Below, in pieces: positions 38,381 to 49,412 of a stretch of 64,000 nt of DNA. The notes under the pieces were generated by a model. It was not told the DNA's origin. It ran no database searches and saw nothing but the letters and a program-made list of their open reading frames with translations. Origin of the DNA: Chiloscyllium plagiosum (Eukaryota); contig NC_057718.1 of assembly GCF_004010195.1 (NCBI RefSeq), positions 61,835,318 through 61,899,317 on the forward strand, read 5' to 3'. The position numbers and the translations under genes are program-made. How positions within the stretch are numbered: the stretch's first letter is position 1; the number at the start of each line of letters is the position of its first letter.

Positions 38381-41077
38381 CTAATTGGAGGAAAATGTGG
38401 TTGAGGCACAGCAGCACGGACAGACTGAATCAAGCAGGAGGAAAAGCACAATAATATAATAAAATGACATTATAAATCATGGAGTCACGCATGTGAGATA
38501 CTGGCAAGTATTGATTTTTAATTTAAATGAATTGACTATTAGTTAGGAATAGATAAAAGAAATAGTAGAAATGTTAAAGCTAAATTGTCCATTTACATTA
38601 TTGTGTTCAATTAATTAATCAAGTCCAGGAGAAAAAGAACTTAAATTAAATAACAAGAAACACAAACACTAAAAATGTTCTAAACTTTTTCAGTCATTTA
38701 AAATTTGAGATATTTGTAGATAATAGAAAGGAGGTGAAATATCAAAATTAATTCCACATAAAATAAGAGAAATCTGAACAAGGGGAGCAACAAATTAACC
38801 AGTGATTCGTTTGTTAACTCTTATGACTATTTCTGTTAAATCAATTATTAATCCAAGAGAGAGAGGCATGGTAGGATATCTCAGTCCCATAGAAGGAATA
38901 CAACCTGTTTACATGGGAGCTCCAGATCACGACACATAACTCCGAAGTCCACATGAGCAGGTATTGTCATCAGGTCCAGCTTTGGGAGCTTCAGCAAGAG
39001 CTGGCATCGCTACTGTGCATCTGCAACGTTGAGAGTATTATGGCTAACACATGGTCACTCTGCAGCTCCGAGGAGTGCAGGCAGCAAGGAAATGGGTGAC
39101 CATCTGATAAAACAGGAGGGGTTGGTATGAAGTACAGAATTTCTGGAATGCATCTCACTCTCCAGCCTACTCTGAACACTAGGGAATAATAGTTCCTCTG
39201 AGTAGTGCCCGAAATAAGTCCGTAGCACCACAATTGTCTAAGGGGTGCAGAAGGAAGATTGGGAAATAAGTAGCTGAAGGGAATCCTACTGTTGGGGCAG
39301 TCAACTGGTATTTCTGCTCCCATAGGTATGAACCCAGAGAAATATGTTACCTCTCTGGTGACAGGTCAAGTATATCACTGAATGGCTGCAGTGGTGATGG
39401 TGGGTGGGAGGTGGCAGGTTGTGGGGGTGGGACATTTGGCGAAAGATTGGGTTAGAGTTAGGGGGTGGGGGTGGGGGAGAGGAATGAACAGCTAACGGTC
39501 ATGGTCAAAATAGTATAGCAACACAGATAGACAAAGGGAAAAGATCAATCCAAACAGATTTTAGGGAGCTGCAGTTGTAATCAGGGCCTCAAAAGGTAGC
39601 AATTCAATACCGATGCCATCTGCTAGTGAGTATAGAAACAGAAGGGCAGAGAAGGTGAAAATGTGGCTGCAGAATTCGTGCAGGAGGAAGGGCTTCATAT
39701 TCTTGAGATATTGGTACTCATTCAAAGAGATGGAACCTGAACAGCAGAAGGAATAATGTCCTGGTAGGGGATTTGCTTGTGCTGTTGGAATATGTTTAAC
39801 CTAAGTTGGCTGGGAATGGAAATCAAGAAGTAACATTAGTGATGGCAAACAAGGTGCACAAAGAATCTGGAACGATGGATAGCACTACAGAAATAGTGAG
39901 GTCATTGTAAGAGGAAATACAAATAGATCTAAATTACATTGACCGGGCATGTTTGTGAACTCACAAAGTGGGTAAATAACATGGGTGACCTAGAGATGCA
40001 GTTAGCCATGTGGGAGGATGGTGTTCTGATGATGAAGAGTTGGCACAGAAAGAACAAGACTGGGTGTACAGTCCTAGATACTAGATATTTCTGTAAGATA
40101 CAGAAGAAAATAAAGGAAATAAGGTGGCAGTGCTAACTTAGGATAATATTACAGTGCTGCACGCAGAGAATGTTGTCAAATAAAGAAACATGCTGGGTGT
40201 TATCTATATTTTTCCAACTAGTAGAAAAGATATTGAGGAACAAATTAGTAAAATGAAATTATGAAGAGATGCACAAATCTACTTAGTAATTATTTTGGGG
40301 AACTTTAATTATCTTAATATAGTTTGAATTAGTAGCAGCGTAGAAAAAGGCAGAAAGAGGTGAAAAGTTTGTTCAGAGAAGTTACTACATCAAGAGGTTT
40401 CTAGTCCAAAAAGGAGGGAGTTGGATCTTAATCCACAATCTCAGTTCATAGAACAAGTGTCAGGGGGATCATTAGGGAACAGTATCATAAAGATTGGGTT
40501 AACTATGAAAAAGGATCATGTTAGCTATTGAGTGAGAATGGATCTGGCTTAGGTAAGTTGTAATCAAAGACTAGCAAAACTGTAAAAAAGGTCAATGGTC
40601 TGTTTGTAAAAGAAGAGATGGTTTGGGTGTTGTCAAGCTTCATTCCTACAAGGGTGATAGGTTGGACAAACAAAGTCAGTGCTCCAAACATTACAGAAGA
40701 AATAAAAAATAAGATAAAACAGATGAAGGGTGAATAGAACAGACATCAGGTTAATCGTACAAGTATGAAACAATCTAAATATAGAAATTTCTGAAGGGAA
40801 ATGAAAAAAGGAGAGAGAATATGAGCAGAGAGACTGATAGCTAACAGAAAAGAGAATCCAAAAATGTCTTCTATAGATAAATTAAAAGTAACAGGATAGA
40901 AAGAGGAGGAGCCAGGTCAATTAAAGACCAGATAGGGATTTTTGCACAGAGGCAAGGGCCATGGTTGAGATACTAAGTGAGATTATCTTGACCAAGGAAG
41001 AAAATGCTGCCAGTGCATAGTGGACAAGGAGCTAGTTGATAAATTTACAAAGCATTGCTTAGTCTATGTAACTAAGA

Positions 41078-41263
41078 GAAAGTGAGGACTGCAGATGCTG
41101 GAGATCAGAGCTGAAAAATGTGTTGCTAGAAAAGCGCAGCAGGTCAGGCAGCATCCAAGGAGCAGGAGAATCGACGTTTCAGGCTTATGCCCCGAAACGT
41201 CGATTCTCCTGCTCCTCGGATGCTGCCTGACTTGCTGCGCTTTTCCAGCAACACATTTTCCGG
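41078..41263. mobile_element. Palindromic Penelope-type mini-element (inverted terminal repeats plus 32-nt tail)
   Basis: 75-bp arms 41110-41184 and 41189-41263 (about 6 mismatches) around a ttat loop; 14-bp TSD ctatgtaactaaga at 41064-41077 and 41264-41277. Confidence 0.9.
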
Positions 41264-41319
41264 CTATGTAACTAAGAATCCATTTGCCATGTTAAAGCTA
41301 AAAATTGATAAAGAGGACC

Positions 41320-41475
41320 TGGATGTAGGTTTGTTCACTGAGCTGGAAGGTTTGTTTTCAGATGTTTCATCACCATACTAGGTAACATCATCAGTGAGTC
41401 TCCAGTGAAGCACTGGTGGTATGGCCCGCTTTTTTATTTACGTGCTTAGGGTTCCTTGGGTTGGTGATACCATTT
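41320..41475 (-). mobile_element. Terminal-repeat fragment of a second Penelope-like family with a hammerhead motif
   Basis: Minus strand 41397-41358 reads uca-CUGAUGA-U-GUUACC(UAGUAU)GGUGAU-GAAA-CAUC-uga; stem I uca/uga pairs. Confidence 0.7.
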
Positions 41476-41877
41476 CACTACAGCATCAGAGGCTGAGGGG
41501 TGACCTTATGGAGGTTTACAAAATCATGAAGGGCATGGATAGGATAAATAGACAAAGTCTTTTCTCTGGGGTCGGGGAGTCCAGAATTAGAGGACATAGG
41601 TTTATGGTGAGAAGGGAAAGATATAAAAGAGACCTAAGGGGCAATTTTTTCACACAGAGAGTGGTAAGTATATGGAATGAACTGCCAGAGGAAGTGGTGG
41701 AGGCTGGTACAATTGCAACATTTAAAAGGCATTTGGATGGGTATATGAATAGAAAGGGTTTGGAGGGATATGGGCCGGGTTCTGGCAGGTAGGACTGATT
41801 AGATTGGGATATTGGTCAGCATAGGCGAGTTGGACCAAAGTGTTTGTTTCCGTGCTGTACATCTCAATGACTCTATA
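41473..41877 (+). mobile_element. HER1-type CR1 LINE 3' end
   Basis: RLRGDLMEVYKIMKGMDRIN...FFTQRVVSIWNELPEEVVEAG; 3' UTR ends gctgtacatctcaatgactctata. Confidence 0.9.
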
Positions 41878-42752
41878 AAAGAGAAGGTTGGTTAGAGTAA
41901 TGCAGTTGATATGGTGTACATGGACTTTCAAAAGATGTCAAATGTACCACATAACAAGCTTATCCACAAAGTTGAAGCCCACAGAGTAAAAGAGACACTG
42001 GCAGCATGCATACAAAGTTGGCTGAGTGACAAGAAAATATGGTGAATGGTTTTCATGGACTGGAAGAAGGCAAATAGTGATTCTACAGGGTCAGTGTTAG
42101 AACTACCATTTCTTTTGAACTATATGAATGACCTAGACTTGGGTACACAGGACACAATTTAAAATATTAACATGACACAAAACTTGGAAGTATTATTGCC
42201 CGTAAAGACTGGAGATAAATTTCAAGAGGGCATGCATAGGTGAGTGGGATGTTGGAAGGTGACAGGTTGAAGTTAATGCTGAAAAATTTGAATCAATATA
42301 CTTCAAAATGATGTGTAGGAGCAGAAAGGTCTGGGAGAATATTCTGGGTGCATTATTCATTGAAAATGGTAGGGCAAATTAGGAAACTGGTTGATCAGGC
42401 ACACAGAATAAATAACCCAGATGCTGCAGAACCATAATAACGGCTATAATTAATATAAAAAATAAAATAGAATTTCATAACTACTACCTAGGATAATTTG
42501 GATCAAGGATGTTCCATAAATTGCACATGGATGTTTCAAAAGCATCAGCCACATCTTGACTTAAACACCAAGCATAGAGATTAAAGACTTTAACCAACTT
42601 GAAAATGGACCAACTTTACAGCAGCACGAAATCTAATCTATATTTGTTTAATTTATATTCACATGGACTTCAAAAGTAGTGCAGCAAAAAGGTGATTTTC
42701 TCTTACCCACAGCAAATAGATAGCACTAAAAGGAATAAGACAACAGTACAAA

Positions 42753-42846
42753 GAATACCTGATGAGGGCTTATGCCTGAAACATCGACTCTCTTGCTCCT
42801 CGAATGCTGCCTGACCGGCTATGCTTTTCCAGCACCACACTCTTCG
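42753..42846 (+). mobile_element. Solo Penelope-type terminal repeat with a degenerate hammerhead motif
   Basis: ctgatgagggcttatgcctgaaacatc at 42759-42785; aacagtacaaa direct repeat (TSD) at 42742-42752 and 42847-42857. Confidence 0.82.
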
Positions 42847-42857
42847 AACAGTACAAA

Positions 42858-43070
42858 AGGTAGTAAGTGTATGGAACAAGCTGCCACAGGAATTGGTGGA
42901 AGCAGGTACGATTACAACATTTAAAAGGCATCTGGATGGATACATGAAAAGGAAATGTTTGGAGGGATATGGATCAAATGCTGGCAAATGGGACTAGATC
43001 AGTTTAGGATGTCTGGTCAGTGCGGATGAGTTGGACCAAAGGGTCTGTTTCTATTCTGTATAACTCTATG
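42858..43070 (+). mobile_element. HER1-type CR1 LINE short 3' end
   Basis: tggaacaagctgccacaggaattggtggaagcagg...gatgagttggaccaaagggtctgttt...ctctatgtctc. Confidence 0.85.
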
Positions 43071-43654
43071 TCTCAATTACGCTATAGAAACAGATTAAAG
43101 CAACCATAGGTAATCGAGGACAACAAGCCTGATTTTTGCAATACTGACAGTGATGTACCATGGCATGGTATGCTCGCCATGTTGATTCTGACCTCAATAG
43201 TTCTTGTTTCATGATGTAATCCAATTGCAGTGACTGATAGGAATTGAGCTGACTGTGGTAAAGCTGTACCCACCAACCAGTTTTTATGTTTAACAGAGTC
43301 TGCTGCTCAAAGAGATATATTTTGACTACTGAAGTAAAAGAACTCACCACACTTTGATGGTCGCCACACTGTTCCCTCTGGGATGGCAGTCATTAAAGAA
43401 AGAATATACAATCAGCTGGGAGCAGCTAGCTGACTGCAACACTGGCCATTTATCCCTATTTCATGCTACTGCAAATTGCTCATATGAATAAAATAGACAA
43501 AGATGTTGTCCTATCGATCAGCCAACAGAACGAGGCATTACGTCTTCTTAACCCCACCAGACAAATTATCACATTTTAAAACTACAAATTGTCAAATGTG
43601 TATTTGCAAGACACGATGATAAAGAAAAGCAACATACTGAGATATGCTGGACAT

Positions 43655-44050
43655 CTTTCAGCAATTGTAAAGAGAAAGGCTGGCCACTGTTTTAAGCACT
43701 GGCCTATAGAATTTCTACTGCTGGTGCAGCATAGCAGCAATGTGTACCATCTACAAGATGGACTGCATGAACTTATCAAGTCTCCTTCATTAGGACCTTT
43801 CAAACTCAGGACCTCATATCACAGTGAAGATCAAGGACAGTAGACATAAGAAAATACCACCATCTATAAAGTTCCCACCAAATCACAAACAATTCCATCT
43901 TGGAAATAAATTGCCATTTCGTCTGTGTTAAATCCTAGAACTCCCTCCCTCTACACATGGATTCCAATGGTTCATATAAGCAATGCCTTACTACTCTCTC
44001 AAGGAGAGATAGCAATTGACCAGAAATACTGGTCTTGCTGACTCACTTGT
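43655..44050 (+). mobile_element. Decayed 3' fragment of the old LINE family
   Basis: catagcagcaatgtgtaccatctacaagatggactgca and aagttcccaccaaatcac match 37280-37430. Confidence 0.55.
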
Positions 44051-46753
44051 CATGATAAAAATGACTGGACCAAAATATTAATCAGTATATTCTCTTTATT
44101 CCAAAAGAACGCAACTTACCAAAGTGGTATGTTTTGCTGTTAAATTATAAATAGTAACACAAGCTTAAGGCACTGTATAAATTATTACAAAATAACTGAA
44201 TGACATCTTCACATCCAAAACTGAATTGCTGTGCATTTAGGTTAAATTTTACTTTTTCTTTGAATCTTATGTTGCCTGAAAACTATTCTTGATCTTGTCT
44301 CCCATCACAACACCATAGGAGATCATCTCGTATGATTATTGTGCATGTATCTTTTTGATCCCTTCTTGTAAGAACATGCCCAGAAGAAAGTTAAAATTGC
44401 TAAAATAAACCATGAATTCAAATAACATTTATCAACTGCTTAAGCTTTCCTGTTGGATTTATTAATGTCATTGGAACCTTTTATCAAATTAGTGTGTTCC
44501 AACTGCCTCACTGGTCGATATTATTGTGTGCGAGATTGGCATTCGCAAGTGGATGGGATGTGAAGTGTTTGCTTTTAAACATACTGCAGAATCAAACAAA
44601 ATTTTAAAAATAAGTCACTGTGTCAATGTCATCACAATTATCATTGCATGGTTTATTTAACCAGCTTTTCATTTTTGCGTTCTGAAGCAGCCAATGAAAA
44701 CATTAAGAACAAGGGCTATTAATCAGGATACCAAAGGACCATTCATTAAAGCACTGATTAAACAAATATTGCTTTTAGGTCAATGATATGCAATCTAGTA
44801 TTGCTAAGCTGTAGAGTAGGTATAACTTTCAAATCTCATTGTTTAGGTAGTTTAGGAATAGAAGTTGTACACCTTTTATAAACCCAAATACCAGCCCCAC
44901 ACATGTTAAGTGCAAGGTAAGCCTCACAGCCATCATCCCCTTTCCCCTTTATGGCTGTTCAAATGCTGAAATATTCAAAGGACAAAAAGTGAGTAACAAT
45001 ATGGATCTTTAACAGTAAAGGAGAGGAACATTCATTTCTTTGGATACAGATTTAATTAGGAAATATAAATTTTTAAAACAAAAAAAGGGTGTTGTAAACT
45101 TTCAAAAGAAATAAAGTTTCATAACTTGCACTCTTGACACTTCCACGTTTGTACATAGCAAATTCTAAATAACTGTTTGCACATTATTTATAAAATGTAC
45201 TGTACAACTTAACAAGGAATAAGACTTATGAAATCCAAAAGGAACAGATTACACGAACAAGCTTTCACCACTGAATAAGAAAAATATTCAAATAGGTAGG
45301 TTTATTTCAACTTCCTTCTTTGTGGTTAGTTTTGTCTGCTCCTTCCAAGCTGAGCAAAGCGAGGACGATGGTTGTATTGGTATTAGCACATCTGGATGAT
45401 AATGCTAATACAACCATTTAAATGAAGCAGTAGGTATGCTTGCTGATTTTGAACAGTGACTATACAACCATACAGCAGAGATTATAAGCATGTGGACCCT
45501 TGAGTAAACTCTGGTGAAGAAAAAAAAACACTAATCACCACAAGTTACACAATCTTCAGAAAGGCCAGACCTGGAGTTTTGTGGCTCGGCAGCATTTCTA
45601 ACCTCAGCAACAATACCACAACTGTGCGCTGCAATTCCTCAGTCAGTCTCAACAAACCACCAGTATGCTACAGTTGTGGTTGTTTTGACATCACACAGAC
45701 CTTTCTAAAAAATGTCATATTATGGGGTTAAATGTCATAAACAGTAGCTCAGTTCGCACATAATACTATTCTGAAACATTGGCTCTGTAAAACAAATTCT
45801 TAAAGAATGTTTCATTTCAAAAGTAATTTTGGTTTTGATTTTCCATTTCAAAAAAAGTGAAACAAACCATCCATGGACTAAATCCAAGAGTTGCACAGGG
45901 GCCCTCTCTCCTACATAAGCACATGGGTAAAATAATGGTTCATTTGAAAATAACTGAATGAAATGGGTTCTGTACAAGAAGAAAAATCTCAGGTATGAAT
46001 TATAGGTAAAGGCACATTAGAATAGGAGCACACCATTCAACTGGTGTCTATTCTACCTTTCAATTAGATGATGGCTGGTCTATATCTCAAATTCACCTCC
46101 CTTGGTTCCATATCGGTTTATTATCCTTACTTAACAAAGACCTTTTGATCTCAGCTCTCCCTCCCTCACAGACTGCTGGAGATGCCAGGCTGAGGTAAAT
46201 AAAGCTGATGTGAGTGATAAAAATACTATTCTTATTCAAATGAGGTGAGTTCCCCATTTACTTTTGCAGCTACTCTGAACCCGACAATTACCCACAATAA
46301 TGAAGGTTCTCTACCATTAAACAGCTGGAATGTCCATAATATCTTCTAAATACTGACACAGCCTTCTTACTGTAAGATTCAACCACATCGGTAAGTTTCT
46401 AAAGCTCAGTACGAACAAAGAACAAAGAAAATTAAAGCAAAGCAACAGGCCCTTCAGCCCTCCAAGCCTGCACCAATCCAGATCCTCTACCTAAACCTGT
46501 CACCTATTTTCCAAGGATCTGTATCCCTCTGCTCCCTGCCCATTCTTGTATTGGTGTAGATATATCTTAAAAGACACTATTGTGCCAGCATCTACCACCT
46601 CCACTGGCAACATTCCAGACACACAGCACCCTCTGCGTAAAGAAAATTCCACTTATATCTCCCTTAAACTACTCCCCTCCCGCCTTGAACTCATGACCCC
46701 TAGTAATTGAGTTCCGCATTCTTGCTATCCACCCTGTCCATACCTCTCATTAT

Positions 46754-47060
46754 TAGATTAGATTACTTATAGTGTGGAAACAGGCCCTTCGACCCAACAA
46801 GTCCACACCGTCCCTCTGAAGAGCAATCCACCCAGACCCAATTCTCTACATCTAACACTAGGGGCAATTTAGCATGGCCAATTCACCGAACCTGCACATT
46901 TTTTGGACTGTGGGAGGAAACCGGAGCACCCAGAGGAGACCCACGCAGACACGGGGAGAATGTGCAAACTCCACACAGACAGTCGCCTGAGGCGGGAATT
47001 GAACCCGGGTCTCTGGCGCTGTGAGGCAGCAGTGCAAACCACTGTGCCACCGTGCCACCC
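46754..47060 (-). mobile_element. HE1-type SINE inserted in a CR1 LINE
   Basis: Reverse complement of the 23429 SINE (gggaattgaacccggg B-box, ggaaacaggcccttcg 3' end, tagattagatt tail); small internal deletion. Confidence 0.92.
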
Positions 47061-48063
47061 ATTTGTAGACCTCAGTCAGATCCGCCCCTCAACCTCCATC
47101 TTTCTAATGAAAATAATCCTAATCTACTCAACCTCTCTTCATAGCTATTGCCCTCCATACCAGGCAACATCCTGGTAAATCGCCTATGCAACTTCTCCAA
47201 AACATCCACATCCTTTTGATAATGTGGCAACCAGAACTGTACGCAGTATTCCAAATGTGGCCAAACCAAAGTCTTATGCAATTGTAACATGACCTGCCAA
47301 CTCTTGTACTCAATACCCCGTCTGATGAAGGAAAGCATGCCAGATGCATTCTTGACCACTCTATCAACCTGCGTTACCACCTTCAGGGTACAATGGACCT
47401 GAACACCCAGATCTCCCGGTACCTCAATTTTCCCCAGCGCTTTTCCATTTACCGTATAGTTCGCTCTTGAATTGGACCTTCCAAAATGGAACACCTCACA
47501 TTTTCCCAGATTGAACTTCATCTGCCATTTCTCAGCCGAAATTTCCAACCCATCTGCTGTATTCTCTGACATCCCCTTCACTATCTGCTACTCCACCAAT
47601 CTTGGTGTCATCTGCAAACTTGCTAATCAGACCATCCATACCTTCCTTCAGATCATTTATGTATATCACAAATGACAGTGGTCATAACACGGGTCTCTTT
47701 GTAACATCACTAGTCACAGTTCTCCATTTTGAGAAACTCGCTTCCTGTACTACACTCAGCCTTCTGCTGCCTGGCCAGTTCTCGATCCATGTAGCTAATC
47801 CACCCGCGACTCCATGTGACTTCACCTTCTTTATCAGCCTACCATGGGGAACCTTATCAAACACTTTACTGAAGTCTCTCTATATGACATCTACAGCCCT
47901 TCCATCAATCAACTTTGTCACTTCCTCAAAATATTCTATTAAGTTGGTAAGACATGACCTTCCCTGCTCCAAACCATGCTGCCTATCACTGATAAGCCCA
48001 GTTTCTTCCAAATGGGAATAGATCTTATCCCTCAGTATCTTCTCCAGCACCTTCCCTACCACT

Positions 48064-48377
48064 TTTTTTTTAGATTACTTACAGTGTGGAAACAGGCCCT
48101 TCGGCCCAACAAGTCCACACCGCCCCACCGAAGCGCAATCCACCCATACCCCTACCTTTACCCCTTACCTAACACTACGGGCAATTTAGCAAGGCCAATT
48201 CACCTGACCTGCACATCTTTGGACTGTGGGAGGAAACCGGAGCACCCGGAGGAAACCCACGCAGACATGGGGAGGAATGTGCAAACTCCACACAGTCAGT
48301 CGCCTGAGGCGGGAATTGAACCCGGGTCTCTGGCGCTGTGAGGCAGCAGTGCTAACCACTGTGCCACCATGCCGCCC
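48064..48377 (-). mobile_element. HE1-type SINE inserted in a CR1 LINE
   Basis: Near-identical to the 23429 SINE, CpG-rich; tail agattac plus a T-run; host LINE sequence resumes at 48378. Confidence 0.93.
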
Positions 48378-49191
48378 ACGTCAGGTTCACCGGTCTATAA
48401 TTACCTGGATAATCCCTGCTACTCTTCTTAAACAAGGGGACAACATTAGCAATTCTCCAGTCCTCTGGCACCTCACCCATGTTCAAGGATGCTGCAAAAA
48501 TCTCTGTTAAGGCCTCAGCTATTTCCCCTCTCACTTCCCTCAGCCAAGCTGAGATAGATCTCATCCTGACCTGGGGACTTGTCCACTTTAATGCCTTTTC
48601 GAATACACAACACTTCCTCCCTCCTTATTCCGACCTGACCTCGAGTAATCAAACATCTATCCCTAACCTCAACATCCGTCATGTCCCTCTCCTCAGTGAA
48701 TACCAATGCAAAGTACTTGTTAAGAATCTCACCCATATTTTCTGACTACATATAACTTTCCTCCTTTGTCCTTGAGTGGGCCTTTCTCTCATTACCCTCT
48801 TGCTCCTTATACATGAATAAAAGGCTTTAGATTTTCCTTCACCCTTTGCTAAACATATTTCATGACCCCTTTTAGCCCTCTTAATTCCTCATTTCAGATT
48901 GGTCCTACTTTCCTGATACACCTTCAAAGCTTCATCTGTTTACAGTCGTCTAGACCTTCTGTATACTTCCTTTTTCCTCTTAGCTAGTCTCACAATGTCA
49001 CCTGCCATCCATGGTTCCTTAATCTTGCCATTTCTATCCCTCTTTTTCACAGGGTCATGTCTGTCCTGCACGTTAATCAACCTCTCTTTAAAAGCCTCCC
49101 ACATAATATGAATTTACCTTTAAACAGCTGCTTCCAATCCACATTTCCCAGCTCCTGCCAAATTTTCATATAGTTGACCTTCCCCAGTTTA

Positions 49192-49412
49192 TGATTTGGA
49201 GATGCCGGTGTTGGACTGGGGTGTACAAAGTTAAAAATCACACAACACCAGGTTATAGTCCAACAGGTTTAATTGGAAGCACACTAGCTTTCGGAGCGAC
49301 GCTCCTTCACCTGATCACAATCACCTGATGAAGGAGCGTCGCTCCGAAAGCTAGTGTGCTTCCAATTAAACCTGTTGGACTATAACCTGGTGTTGTGTGA
49401 TTTTTAACTTTG
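49192..49412. mobile_element. Young palindromic Penelope-type mini-element (third family): 34-nt tail plus a perfect 84-bp inverted repeat
   Basis: Arms 49226-49309 and 49329-49412 are exact reverse complements; 19-nt spacer; 14-bp TSD ccttccccagttta at 49178-49191 and 49413-49426; CpGs intact. Confidence 0.93.
49322..49356 (+). ncRNA. Minimal type I hammerhead ribozyme, core apparently intact
   Basis: cac-CUGAUGA-A-GGAGC(GUC)GCUCC-GAA-AGCU-A-gug: 3-bp stem I, 5-bp stem II, palindromic AGCU stem III, predicted cleavage after CUA (A49353). Confidence 0.8.

Larger units (their letters stand above)
38860..42370 (+). mobile_element. Old, heavily decayed near-full-length CR1 LINE (ORF1 + ORF2 remnants) hosting younger insertions at 41078-41877
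   Basis: Decayed motifs gggaactttaattatc (GDFN-like), aaagagaatccaaaa (KENPK-like), gatatggtgtacatggactttcaaaag (DMVYMDFQK), cagggtcagtgttag (QGSVL), tatatgaatgacctagac (YMNDL). Confidence 0.6.

Noticed and set aside
39400..39485. G-quadruplex-prone run with telomere-like gggttagagttaggg
   Set aside because: Only two imperfect TTAGGG units within a low-complexity expansion inside an old CR1; not an interstitial telomere array.
46172..46244. Plus-strand exon-like segment (ccctcacag| ... gag|gtgagt)
   Set aside because: Good splice signals, but the only open frame gives no recognisable peptide, it abuts decayed repeat sequence and it has no partner exons.
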